From Octopus vulgaris (taxonomy: Eukaryota), in contig OX597833.1 of assembly GCA_951406725.2 (NCBI GenBank), forward strand, positions 69,316,001 through 69,380,000: a stretch of DNA of 64,000 nt, written 5' to 3'. A program made the translations under genes and the position numbers. Under the pieces are notes generated by a model. The model saw only the letters and a program-made list of their open reading frames with translations, was not told where the DNA came from and ran no database searches. Shown here piece by piece: positions 26,822 through 40,368 of this stretch (position 1 is its first letter; every line of letters starts with the position of its first letter).

Positions 26822-27238
26822 AGGAGTGGCTCTGTGGTAAGTAACTTGCTTACTAACCACATGGTTCCAGCTTCAGTCCCACTGCGTGGTACCTTGGGCA
26901 AGTGTCTTTTACTATAGCCTCGGGCCGACCAAAGCCTCGTGAGTGGATTTGGTAGACGGAAACTGAAAGAAGCCCGTCGTATATATGTATATATATATGT
27001 ATATGTATGTGTGTGTATATGCTTGTGTGTCTGTGTTTGCATCCCCCCAACATCGCTTGACAACCGATGCTGGTGTGTTAACGTCCCCGTAACTTAGCGG
27101 TTTGGCAAAAGATACCGATAGAATAAGTACTAGGCTTACAAAGAATAAGTCCTGGGGTCGATTTGCTCGACTAAAGTCGGCGCTCCAGCATGGCCACAGT
27201 CATATGACTGAAACAAGTAAAAGAGAGAGTAAAGAGTA
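26822..27238 (+). mobile_element. F1 SINE
   Basis: Matches F1. Confidence 0.9.
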
Positions 27239-28351
27239 AGTAGTGCGTTTCAAGCTGGACCATCCCAGTTCAGTGCCAGCTACTTTCAGTCAACGTAGAA
27301 ATGTCTTTTTTTTTTTGTCAACTGGAATTTTAGTTGGACTTTTAAATAATTTTTTTTTTGTCTTTCATTCATTGCAACGACACCACGAGATTAAATACGA
27401 TTCAAAATTGAAAATAATGTATAGTTATTATCAAGTGTTACGTGTTTAATTAATGTTCTAATTAATATAATTTAATCAAATAAACCAATTAAAACTAAAT
27501 TTATAATGGAGATAAATCTGATATTCGTATCTATTCTTGAGCGCTCGCACAAAATAGTTAGGCAAGAAGGAAATATTTTCGAAATAATTTCGAAGAATGT
27601 ATTAATTTCTTCATCATAAATCTTTATAGGTTTCTGTCTCCATAAATATGAGCGTTTGTTTTGCTAGAAGTGCATACGAACTTGTCGTAATATTGGTGTA
27701 TTTCGCCCAAAAGGAATATTGATTTAGTAGTAAATTTCCACAGGCTTGTCATTTTATTCAATCTATACTCATCAAAAAATATCAGCTAAACACCAACTAT
27801 AACATAAGGTTTTATATTTATAGCACACTAAAACCAAAATATGTTGGATATTATAAGATGTAGATATAAATATAAACATAATATTCTTTGATATTTATCT
27901 CTCACAAAAATATCCTTAGAACCTAAAAAGCCTGCTAAGAATACTTGATGTGTAATTTTATTATCGTTCGGAAACATCTTGCATTTTATGCTGAGCTATT
28001 CTAATAACAATCCTTAACAATGTGCATGTGTACATAGAAATGGTGTTTGGTTGCTACGCTGTCTGTTGTTGATATTCTAATTCGAAAATATGATTTGGCG
28101 TTCTGTGCGCAAGCGTACGAAACAGCTGCAGGTATTTTAGTTGATTAAAGTGATTCCAGAATATATTGGCATCTGGCAGTTGTTTTATTCACATATTTGT
28201 TCCTTTAAATTGCCAATGCACAAATACTAACACACGAACACATACATGCATGTGCACGCAAACACACGCACACATAAGCATAAGCGTATATGTGTGTGTC
28301 TATATATATAAGTTTGTTTACCAACCACATGGTGCTTGGTGAAGTGTCACT

Positions 28352-28397
<46 letters not shown>

Positions 28398-28442
28398 ATA
28401 TATATGCATACATACATACATATATACGTATATATATATATA

Positions 28443-28516
28443 TGAGCATTATACTAATACATCTGTTTGTTTTGTACACCACCTGTCTTCGTCTTTTTGT
28501 TTTTTTCATAAACTCT

Positions 28517-28520
<4 letters not shown>
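28443..28520 (+). mobile_element. pLTR-like 3' fragment in (TA)n, same family as 55125-55265
   Basis: Shared cacct(g/a)tcttcgtctttt motif and (TA)n flanks. Confidence 0.5.
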
Positions 28521-28557
<37 letters not shown>

Positions 28558-29195
28558 CACACACATATGCGTGAATGTATATTATTGGGGAGAAAGTAAA
28601 AATGGATAAAGAATAGAGCCGTACAACAAGAACGACTTGAGCCTTTGAACAAGATTTCGAAGATGTCAGAAGAGCGGAAGGAATTTATAGATGATAACGG
28701 TGGAGGTGATATCTGAACACCCATTGATTAGCGTTGGCGTTAGTAAGTGAGACGGCATGACTGGAGTAAGGCGAGGGGCGTCATGTTAGTGCACGTGTTG
28801 CTGGTTGTTGTTGTTGTTAACCAACAAGACGGGTAAGGTTGATTAGGTAATGGTCTAGGGCTTAGGAGCGGGAGACCCCAGACCTTGGAAAAAAAAGTTG
28901 GTCGACTTGTTGTAGTCGAGGGCTCTTCGTTGACGCCCGACACCACTGGGAAGTGGCCCTCGATGCCGCTGAAAATGGAGATGTCCAGGTTCAAATTCTT
29001 GAACGGCTGGTGGTGGTGGTGGTGGTGGTGGAGACGGTAGCTAATAGGTTTTTTTTGACTGAAGGGACGGAACGAGGTTTGCTGTTTGTATAGGAATTCT
29101 TCTGAAGTAGACGAAATGAGGGTGAAGTGAAAGGGATAAAGAAACGCAAGCAACCACAATACTTGTAATGCTCGTAGGCATGTGAACAAACACAG

Positions 29196-29434
29196 TCGAA
29201 ATACCTATTTCTTTACTACCCACAGGGGGCTAAACACAGAGGGAACAAACAAGGACAGACAAACGGATTAAGTCGATTACATCGACCCAGTCCGTAACTG
29301 GTACTTATTTAATCGACCCCAAAAGGATGACAAGCAAAGTCGACGTCGGCGGAATTTGAACTCAGAACGTTCAGACAGACGAAATACCGCTGAGCATCTC
29401 GCCCGGAATGCTAACGTTTCTGCCAGCTCACCGC
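29196..29434 (-). mobile_element. F2 SINE
   Basis: Reverse complement of F2, including the aaatagg|tatttcg restart junction. Confidence 0.9.
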
Positions 29435-29909
29435 TTTACAGACACATATACCCTTACGCAGTCACGTTTTTCGCGCATACATACACAGACATGATCAAAC
29501 ACACAAAAATATATACAGAGTGCAAACACATACTCGAGAAGATGGTTCATACGCTTGAAAAAATAAAAAACACACACACACCCGAATGGAACTGAGTAAG
29601 TTAACGTTTTATACAAACAATGCTAATACCATACACTGAGAGGAGAGTGTGAGAATGTCTGGAGTAGACCAACATGTGGACTTGAATATTATTTGGCAAA
29701 CATCAATTTTTCTTGTGAGCATCTGGATGTGGACTTCCTCCGATGGCCGATTACAGTTAGCAGATATCTGAATATTGATTTGCACCCGATAAACATCTAG
29801 TCAGAAGAAAACTGGTCAACATCCTAGACATACACATATGTGGTGCACTTCAGCACTGTATTCAATAAGTTCATTATAATATATTTCACACATTCTGCTA
29901 TTCTTTGAT

Positions 29910-30250
29910 ATGGTTCAGCCCTTAGGCTGCGACGATGCTGGAGCACACACCCACACACAGACACACACACGTACATACACACACACACACACACACACAT
30001 GCATATTCTTGTTTTTTGTTTTATTTCCTTCGGTCCTTTGATTGCGAACATGCTGGAGCACCGCCTTTAGAGGAACAAATCGAATCCATGGTTTATTCTT
30101 TGTAAACCAAGTACTTATACTTCCGGTCACTTTTGCCGAATCGCTAAGTTACGGTGACGTAAACACACCAACAACGGTTGTCAAGCGATGTTGGGGGACA
30201 AACGCACAAGCATATACACATATACATATACACATACATACACACACACT
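29910..30250 (-). mobile_element. Decayed F1 3' fragments
   Basis: catgctggagcaccgccttt..gccgaatcgctaagttacgg..ggttgtcaagcgatg. Confidence 0.75.
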
Positions 30251-32965
30251 CATATATACATATAGATGTATACATGCAGCTCCATTAATAAATTTTGTGT
30301 GTGTGTGTGTATGTGTGCGTGTGTGTGTATAGAATCTTGTGAGTTCCATTTTCCCTTTCTATCTTTGGTTATACACGTAGATATACACACTTTATATTTC
30401 CACATGTATGCAAACATGTATACAAATGAACAAAGTCAGCTACATACATAGATATATGGATGCATATACATATATGTGTGTTGTGTGTGTGTTAGTTTGG
30501 GTGTGTCAAGGTGTGGGGGGGTGTTTGAAAATGAATCGGGGTAGCGTTTCAGAATAGCTTGCGTCTGCTAGTTTTCCACATCCAATTTGGTGTGTAGAAA
30601 GATGTGTTAAAAGACAATCACTGAAATATATGATCAGCAAGATAGACCACACGCCTACATTTAACAAATCGATTATCATTTGAATATAATAACCTCATTG
30701 ATAATTTCTTAGTAATGCGTTATCCCTGAAATAACAGATACATGTACGAAACATCCCAACATTGACCATACGATACGCATAGTTATACTCAAGAATATAT
30801 TAACTGAACGCTTTTTTTTTTTTTGGTTTATGAAACTATATTAATGTCGCAGCATAATTTATAGAGAATTTTAGCTACAATTCCCAATGTTTACTTAGAA
30901 TCTGTTTCACAGGATCGGTCGGGTGTTAATGGTGTAGTTCCATGCTCTTAAGCTTTTCATCAGTATTAAAATTCATCCATATTTTATGACACCATTTCGA
31001 AGCAGTATCTAATGTGGATATTTCATATTTTCACTTGTTTTGGGCAGTGCCGTAACCGGAAGTTCTGCGTTGAAACTGATGCACTGATGCCTGTTTTTGT
31101 CTTTAGTCCAATATTGATCAATGCAAGTATTGCATTCGTACAGTTCAGTACAATGGGCAAAGGAGGCCTCGTAATGCACATTAGTTCCTATGAATATTGA
31201 CCAGACTCGGCACTAGCTAGCAACATAACTCTTCATGATATTTGCTAAAGCATGGCTAAGTGACAACGGCAACATAATCTTCAATTAATCGATTTAAATC
31301 CATACACACGCACACACACACAAACATACACGCATACATGCGTACATACATACATATATACACATGTAGATTTTGCAGACAGGTGACATTATCTAGTGTT
31401 TAATTATTTATCAAATTATATCTAAGAGTGTGTATACGTACAAGACATTAATTGTAATACTAGCCATGATAATCTTCCTAATACATTTTATTAAACTTTA
31501 ATGAGTATCGGCTGTTTAAGCAATTTTTGTGCCTTTTCGAGTATTTTAATCTACAACAAAAAAGAGAAAAGAAATTTCCCAAGCTGAGCGAAAGTACAGC
31601 GTAACGATTACAACGCTTTCATTGGTTTATCAGTGCACCGTGCTACGTCACATTCATGGAACATATTTCAATATTTACTTGACCATTGGTTCAAATATAT
31701 AATATATTATTCAAGATCCCTTTGTAAATACGCAGACAGAATTATGATGATATTGTCTAAAGCTAAGGAAGTTTTCAAATCAAGTATATAGTCCAAGTAT
31801 TATTAAGCGTGCACACTATTTCACTTTCATTGTATTTCGAAAACCATTGTATAGACAGTAACGCCATTGTTTTTCAGACATCTTCAGTATTAGTTGACCT
31901 ACAGGTTAGGTTTTGACAGATATCATATTTACTAAAACTTTATACAGATACATAGAATTAATACGATTTGTTATATAACTGGGAAATTGTGACTATCATT
32001 GAAAGCATATATCTATATAACTTCTATCTTAATATAGATATAAACAAGTGGAAACTGTCTGGATAATTTCAATATTTAATGTACACGAATATTATGCGCA
32101 GTAAAACCATAATAACCAAAAATAGTTTGAAAACAAAACAAGAAAATTTTAATACTCAGAAAATTTTAATTAAAAAAAATTATTGTAAACATTCAAACAT
32201 TTTGGCTGAATATAAAGTAGATATATTAATGGTATATGTCATATAAAACCGCTTGAAGGACAATATATATGTGTCTTATATTTATTACTAGAAATTTCAA
32301 TATGAGTAACTAAGCTTTTCGCAATTATTCTGCTCCATAAAAAATATATTCATTATCTATTCAAACTTATATTTTATAATCACTTTCTGATTTGTTATGT
32401 CAAATTATGCTCTGCTACTTTGATCTCTTCCGTTTTATTCTGTTACTGCATGGCATTTTCTGACAGAACTAAACAACCATTAAGTTGAAAAGCATCAATT
32501 TAAATTATGTAATTTCATTTGATATTTCTATTCAAATGTAGAATCTTGGAACATATTGTTTCGTCAGTTTGGTATATCCGCATTTGCTATTTCTATGTTC
32601 CTAAATTTATTGTCGTCTGTTAATAATATTCAAAGAAGAAAGTTTTAAGAGCTTTTACACTTTAGATATATTAAATGAAATAAAGCTAAATATGGCTGAA
32701 TAGGGGAAGTTCAGAGAAAAGTTACTTTAAATAATATGCCATTATAAAGATTAAAACAAAATCTAAAGATATAGCATTTGTATATTGCGAAAGCTGCAGA
32801 TCGGATTTAAAATGTACAGGTAAATCAATTAAGTACATTATTTACCGGGAAAAAAGGAACAGTGAGAGAATGAGAGGAGTTTAATTAAATCATAATTAAA
32901 GTATAATTAGCAAACCATTTGGAAATCTAAAATCTTCAATTAATAAAATTAATTCCATATCTCCA

Positions 32966-33048
<83 letters not shown>

Positions 33049-34080
33049 CATACATATATGTATATATGTGCACACACATGCATATACATACACTCATACA
33101 CACAAATACACACACACACACTTATATCAATCGAAAGTATAAACAGCTAACGCATATTTTAAAGTTATGTATATGCTTCGCTAGAAATGTAGTTTTGAAT
33201 TATATTTCAATGAAATATTTCGGGAAGGAAGGGACAATTCCACTGTTATAATACTTCTGTCATCAATCTTCTTTTGCATACTTGGAAGTGTCACAAAATA
33301 TACTAAGGATAAACGTTCCCCTTTGTGCCATATATGCGACCAGCAGTTAGACATTTAGGAACCTGATGTGAGCGTAGTCACTCACAATGGGTTACTAATG
33401 ATACCAGTTGCATTTCATGAATGCACTTTTCGCAGTAGCTTATTCATAGGAGAAAAGAAAACATCCATAGCGTTTATCAGAGCTTTTAAAACAGTCAGAT
33501 GAAAAGAAGAGAAAAATCTTTTGAAGGGAAAGTGGGCCTGGCTCTTTTCAATGAAGAGAATGCAGCATAATCAGCGAAGAGAAAAGGTTTGGAGTTTTCA
33601 TTTGAATAGCGTATTATGTCACCTACCGACGCGATTGTACACAAATTTGATCTCCACAATCGTTTGGTAGAAATTAGTCGTTAAAATAGTACGAGGATGG
33701 AATATAAGCGAACACGTAGCAGGGAACCGATTTTAACTCCCAAAATTATGCACGTTGCAACTGTGTATTGTTCTAGAGACAGAAATGCATACAACAGTAT
33801 ATGGGTATATGTTTGTGTATGTGTGCATATGTATATGTATGTATATATATATATATATATATATATACTGAGTGAGAGAGGGATTTAGAGGATATGTTAA
33901 CCTCTGAAAGGGATGGTTACATACAATGGAAAACTGGTTTGACGAAAACAATTCAAGACGGTACTGTAGCCATGGATGCAGTCACATAACTGAAACAAGT
34001 AAAAGAATAAAAGAATATATAAATATATACACAGACAAGCATACACACAAACACACACAAATATATATATATATATATAT

Positions 34081-34598
34081 ATTAATTTATAAAAATATGG
34101 TAAAGTAAAAGAATTCACTTTACCACACACCGAACTTTTCCGAAATAGCAGCCAAAAACTTGGCTATTTCTTCAACTGCAAATAAAAGTCTCCAGACAAT
34201 GCATACTCAGAAAAATAACTCACATAGGAATAAGGGAAAAACAATGAAAGATCACATCCATATACGATACCCGAGGACAGTCTGTTTCTGGATTTGTGGG
34301 TAAAACGCCACTTTTCCTTCATCAGCTCAGAGATTTCTTTTGATTTAGATTTGAAAATACTAAGAATCAAACATACCCGTCCGATATCTGTAACATCGGA
34401 CAAACTATGCCAGACATCCAGTACTAGCGAATCCAAAAATACGAATGAGATCTATTATTCTCCCTGTCCGCCCACGTGAGTCATAGAGCATTCCATTTCT
34501 ACAGAGGTAAAAACTGCAGTTTAAATTCTTGGAGTTGAAGAAATAGCCAAGTTTTTGGCTGCTATTTCGGAAAAGTTCGGTGTGTGGTAAAGTGAATT

Positions 34599-34601
<3 letters not shown>
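34081..34601 (-). mobile_element. HHR-bearing insertion in (TA)n with a perfect 69-bp inverted terminal arm
   Basis: 34109-34177 is the reverse complement of 34533-34601; (TA)n on both sides; HHR on - at 34270. Confidence 0.85.
34270..34331 (-). ncRNA. Type I hammerhead ribozyme motif
   Basis: tctgag-CTGATGA-agg aaaa gtgg cgttttac ccac aaat cca-GAAA-cagactg-TC-ctcggg. 6-bp stem I with GU pairs, GUC triplet. Confidence 0.8.
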
Positions 34602-34664
<63 letters not shown>

Positions 34665-34816
34665 CAGTAAAACAATTAAGATTCAAGTGAGTTCCAATGA
34701 ATTCATATGAATGTGGTACTTAACTTAGAAGCACCAGAAATCTTTATGGTATTAACCATAAAATAATGTGGGGTGATTATAAACAAGAAAAAAAAGCAAC
34801 AATATTGGATTAGTTG

Positions 34817-34905
34817 TTCAGTACAATTGTTTCATACGAAGAACATATTTATTAAAAGCTGCAAATATTGCATCAAATACAAATGTCCTGTATTCATCAG
34901 CCAAA
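34817..34905 (-). ncRNA. Type I hammerhead ribozyme motif with extended stem II
   Basis: tttgg-CTGATGA-atac aggacat..tgcaa tat ttgca..atgttct tc gtat-GAAA-caattg-TA-ctgaa. Canonical core, palindromic CAATTG. Confidence 0.82.
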
Positions 34906-34963
34906 ACACATATGAGTTTTCCAAAGGGGATGTTGTCACCTCAAACATCTCAGAAACTTTATT

Positions 34964-35162
34964 TGTTCAATTCGGAATAAACAAGGAATCTTAGTGCCTG
35001 CGGATAAAACTGGTAATCTGTATCGAATAGATTACACTCTTTATAGCAAGCTAATTAAGAAGGAACTCAACTCCAAATATAAAATTAATACAAAGAAAAA
35101 TTTGAAAAAAATAAACCTAGAAATGAAGGAAATTATGAAAAGATACAATTTAACGGATAGAT
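34964..35162 (+). pseudogene. Penelope-like element reverse transcriptase N-terminal fragment
   Basis: [56 protein letters not shown]. The (P)ADK motif followed by Y..Y..L..YK is characteristic of the region preceding PLE RT motif 1. Confidence 0.75.
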
Positions 35163-35219
35163 ATGCATATATATATATATATGTATATATATATATGTAT
35201 ATATATATATGTATATATA

Positions 35220-35306
<87 letters not shown>

Positions 35307-35309
<3 letters not shown>

Positions 35310-35673
35310 TATATTAAATTAGAGACAAAACCACTATTATGCAAATCAAACAAAGAAAGACTTAAGCCAATACATAAAATAATTTATATAAATTTAACAT
35401 AGTTTAAAACTCGCCAAGAAGGTTTTGAAACCACCTGAAGAATGTCTTAAAGATGTGCTGACACGAAACGATCGTAGTGGTTATTTATAATTGTTAAATT
35501 TTAATTTATATAAATTATTTTATGTATTGGCTTAAGTCTTTCTTTGTTTGATTTGCATAATAGTGGTTTTGTCTCTAATTTAATATAATAGAATATTTTA
35601 CTATAAAATTGGATTCAATCCTGAATCTGATTTTTCCCTGTAAATTTGGATTTATTCCCTAATATTTATTATT
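35307..35673 (+). mobile_element. HHR-bearing insertion in (TA)n with an ~88-bp inverted arm
   Basis: ~35307-35394 is the reverse complement of ~35501-35590, with the HHR in the spacer. Confidence 0.85.
35429..35482 (+). ncRNA. Type I hammerhead ribozyme motif
   Basis: aaccac-CTGAAGA-a tgtc ttaaagatgtgct gaca c-GAAA-cgatcg-TA-gtggtt. Perfect 6-bp stem I, palindromic CGATCG. Confidence 0.85.
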
Positions 35674-35706
35674 ATATATATATATATACAAGCATACACA
35701 CACGCA

Positions 35707-36478
<772 letters not shown>

Positions 36479-37146
36479 ATGTGTATTGTCGTATATGTTA
36501 ATGCATATATATAATAAAAACATTTGATGATGTATATTTTTCGCGTTAATATTTGCAATACCTCTCCGTCCGTCTCTCTGTGCCGATGACGTAATACCGG
36601 TGCTAATTCTTGCCTTTTCCTTTACAAACTGAGCGTTTACTCTACGTAAACAACGACGCTATTATACACCATAAGCGAATAATACGAAAACAAGCCCAAA
36701 AACATTAAGGTAAACATTTTAATAGTCAATGAATGGAATATTCAAAAGCTAATTAGAAACAAATGCGATGTGAAGAAGAATGGCAATTAACTATATAATA
36801 ATAACGTTTCTCCTTTTGTCTTTTTTATCATGTATTGGAGGCTAACTTGGACATACATCCGTCAAACATCTTCTCTACTCTATATCCTCGATATATTGGT
36901 TTTCGTAAAGAGAATTGATTCATTAAGATTAAATAGTTCCAAAGACGCCATCAGCATGAAAAACACAATGCTCTGCTAATAACGTTTCTTGCCAACTAAT
37001 ATCTTGATTTTTGTTTGTTTTTTTTTTCTTTCCTTCTTTATTTATTTTTTCCTGTGTTTCACGAACTAAATTAAATATCACTAACTTAACTATATTTTCG
37101 TTTATGCGGATGGCGTCTCTGAACAATTTAATCTCTAGGAGAAAAG

Positions 37147-37589
37147 TATAATTATGAATTTGAGAAAAGAAAATGTCCTTAACAACTTATAAAATTTATT
37201 AATATTTATTCTTTACATGCGTGTAGTCTGCGCGCGTGGCTGAAGTAGATTGCATCGTCATCATGCGGTCTCGGTTTCCATTTTGCTATGAAGTGTTTCA
37301 GTATAAATATTTTTTTTATAGATTCGTTTTCACCGACGCCCCTTCGTGGAGTGGTGGTGGTTCCATGTGCATAGACATGCAATGTGTGGATTGTCCTTTT
37401 TCACGGTCAAAGCGAATCTATAAAAAATATTTATACTGAAACACCTCATAGTGAAATGGAAACCGAGACCGCATTATGACGATGCAATCTACTTCAGCCA
37501 CACGCGCAGCCACACGCATGTAAAGAATAAATATTAATACATTTTATAAGTTGTTAAGGACATTTTCTTTTCTCAAATTTATAATTATA
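37147..37589. mobile_element. MITE/foldback element with ~190-bp imperfect TIRs
   Basis: 37147-37335 vs reverse complement of ~37403-37589; ends tataattat..ataattata. Confidence 0.8.
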
Positions 37590-37615
37590 ATATATTTTCA
37601 TACATACACACACAC

Positions 37616-37667
<52 letters not shown>

Positions 37668-37869
37668 CAATAATAATTCTCTAAAAGAGATATAGACAGT
37701 AACTGCTCGATAACATAAGGGACTAAAGCCATCTGAATATGGCTAGGGACAGGGCAGGGTGGTGGGGGTGTTACTGTTGCATTTAGCCCCAGGCGAACAT
37801 CGACGTCACCAGAAAGGCTCGACACCGTCACGGTGTCCTTATCCCTGCAAAGGGAGGTAATTCCCCGAT

Positions 37870-37943
37870 GAAGCGGAAACCACACACGGACCATGGTTTC
37901 AAGGTGTATTGCCTATCGTCGGCGTGTGGTAGGCCTCCGCTTC
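37870..37943 (-). ncRNA. Hammerhead motif (mirror copy of 38260-38333)
   Basis: Reverse complement of the + copy. Confidence 0.7.
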
Positions 37944-38259
37944 CTCGACGAATTCTCACTCTGCAGGATATTCATATATAGATTTTCAAGCAAAATACAT
38001 TTGCTGATTTCGAAAATCTGTTCGAAAGCAATAATAATTCTCTGTTCGCCTGGGGCTAAATGCAACAGTAACACCCCCACCACCCTGCCCTGTCCCTAGC
38101 CATATTCAGATGGCTTTAGTCCCTTATGTTATCGAGCAGTTACTGTCTATATCTCTTTTAGAGAATTATTATTGCTTTCGAACAGATTTTCGAAATCAGC
38201 AAATGTATTTTGCTTGAAAATCTATATATGAATATCCTGCAGAGTGAGAATTCGTCGAG

Positions 38260-38333
38260 GAAGCGGAGGCCTACCACACGCCGACGATAGGCAATACACC
38301 TTGAAACCATGGTCCGTGTGTGGTTTCCGCTTC
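38260..38333 (+). ncRNA. Type I hammerhead motif with U4C core variant
   Basis: cacacg-CCGACGA-t agg caataca cct t-GAAA-ccatgg-TC-cgtgtg. Stem I is extended by gaagcgga/tccgcttc. Confidence 0.7.
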
Positions 38334-38488
38334 ATCGGGGAATTACATCCCTTTGCAGGATAAGGACACCGTGACGGTGTCGAGCCTTTCTGGTGACGTC
38401 GATGTTCGCCTGGGGCTAAATGCAACAGTAACACCCCCACCACCCTGCCCTGTCCCTAGCCATATTCAGATGGCTTTAGTCCCTTATG

Positions 38489-38532
<44 letters not shown>

Positions 38533-38541
38533 GTAGATAGT

Positions 38542-38581
<40 letters not shown>

Positions 38582-39006
38582 CAGATATATATAATAGAAT
38601 TGGGCCCGTAAATGGTAAGTCTCCTTGTTGGGCTGAAAGTAAAACGTTTACACATCAAAAATGGAGGAGTACATATGCAGCTGCTGAAGTAGATGTAGGA
38701 AGATATTCAGGTTATGTAAACGATTAACTGTACCTGGCTGAGTATATGAATAGCCCTGAGCCTAATTAAGAAGAGCAATATGATAATATACTTCAGATCT
38801 ACGCAAGGAACAGGTACCGAGAGAGTTGAATAATAAATAGATATAAACAGATGGATGTGTCATTTCACTACAGCTGTTTCCAACGAATTTTTAATTGATT
38901 AATGGAGATTACATCATTAGAAGAATCGTTTTTAACAGGAGAATACGTGAACCACAACATTCAAAAACATTAAAAAATCAACAGGATGTGCAGCTGCATG
39001 ATCCTT

Positions 39007-39047
39007 TGACCCTAACTGGTCATAGAATCTATGACCGGTTAGGGTCA
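39007..39047. repeat. 19-bp hairpin/palindrome
   Basis: tgaccctaactggtcatag-aat-ctatgaccggttagggtca, one GU pair. Confidence 0.85.
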
Positions 39048-39239
39048 CTTTTATTGTTTGTCGATAGGCCAAATAGTAGCTACGTATTTATTGAATTATG
39101 ATGTAACAGACAAAGTATCTTTTAAAAGACTAATGGCTGACCCGGTAATAGAGGCTAATAGATGCACACATACATGCATATACATATGAATAGCTAGACA
39201 GACAGACAGATAGAAAGACAGACAAACAGACAGACATAC

Positions 39240-39310
<71 letters not shown>

Positions 39311-39312
<2 letters not shown>

Positions 39313-39435
39313 TTTCCTTTCATCAGCACAGAATAATCGCTTCGCTAGAGATGGCGAAGTATATACTTTACAATGTAACACACACTGTCGTCATTTTTAA
39401 CCAAGCGATTAATTCTGTGCTGACGAAGTGAAATA
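39311..39435. mobile_element. Small MITE-like element with ~32-bp TIRs
   Basis: tatttcctttcatcagcacagaataatcgctt vs aagcgattaattctgtgctgacgaagtgaaata. Confidence 0.65.
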
Positions 39436-39620
39436 ACCCAGAAATCATTCGTACAAAGATATTGCTTAGAGCTGAGTGGGGACACTATCACCCTTGTTCC
39501 AAAATATAAGAACGCAGTTAGTGTGTTGATAAGAGATGGAGACGATGCTTTCCTGTGGTTAATTAGCAGTGACACAGGTCCTAATCAGGACTGCCAGTTT
39601 ATGATGTCAAATAAGCTTTA

Positions 39621-39704
<84 letters not shown>

Positions 39705-40368
39705 GTATGTATATGTATATTCTAACATATATATAACAGAGACAAACGCTTAGACAGCCTGTTAGTTTTTGACTATGGAATCGGTATTTCTATAGATTTC
39801 TTTTGAGACTAGCAAAAGATTATATAAAAATATATTCATTTCTTGCGCAACATCTTTGATTTGTATGTGCGCTATGTCACCAGTTATACATATTGTGTGT
39901 GTATGTGTCCGTGAGTGTGTGTCTGTGTGGGTCAAATTTGATTATGTCTATGAGCAAAATGAAAGTATATCTCCGAAAATAGGAAGTGATCTCTAGGCAT
40001 ATCCTGGTCAGACGCATTGCTGTAAATTTGTTTTTATATCTGATAATTTCCTTTGGAAGATTTTCTGTGTGTCATCATTTGGAATCACATTATTTTTTTT
40101 TTTCTAACTCAGGATGAGAAATATATTTTGTTGCTTATTTATTGATATGAGTATAGAATTTCGAATTCAATATTAAACGAACCAATAACGAATTCTTTAA
40201 GTGGTCAGTCAACCTGTTCGGAATTACCGCCAACTCTCTCATCTTATTCATGTCCTACTATTTTAAAAAATAATATAATATCTATATAAGTATAGCAGAT
40301 ATAAAAGTTGGAGGTTGGCTGGTTGACTTTTTTTTCCATTACGCTTTGCATCAAATAGTTAGAGAGGG

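Larger units (their letters stand above)
34660..35162. mobile_element. Penelope-like fragment: HHR-bearing arm (-) fused to an RT coding piece (+), in (TA)n
   Basis: HHR at 34817-34905 (-) abuts the reading frame at 34964-35162 (+); both ends run into (TA)n. Confidence 0.8.
37667..38491. mobile_element. Retrozyme-like ~360-bp circularly permuted unit, two inverted concatemer arms in (TA)n
   Basis: gcaataataattctct recurs at 37667 and 38028 (361 bp); tgttcgcctgggg recurs at 38043 and 38403 (360 bp). The arms are reverse complements differing by about 2 changes. Confidence 0.85.

Noticed and set aside
37865-37945. CCGATGA-agcgg..ccgct on + as an antisense HHR
   Set aside because: No GAAA follows the stem; it is the complement of the extended stem I of the real motif.
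39420-39435. CTGACGA-agt-GAAA
   Set aside because: No room for stem II and no stems I or III; it is part of a MITE TIR.
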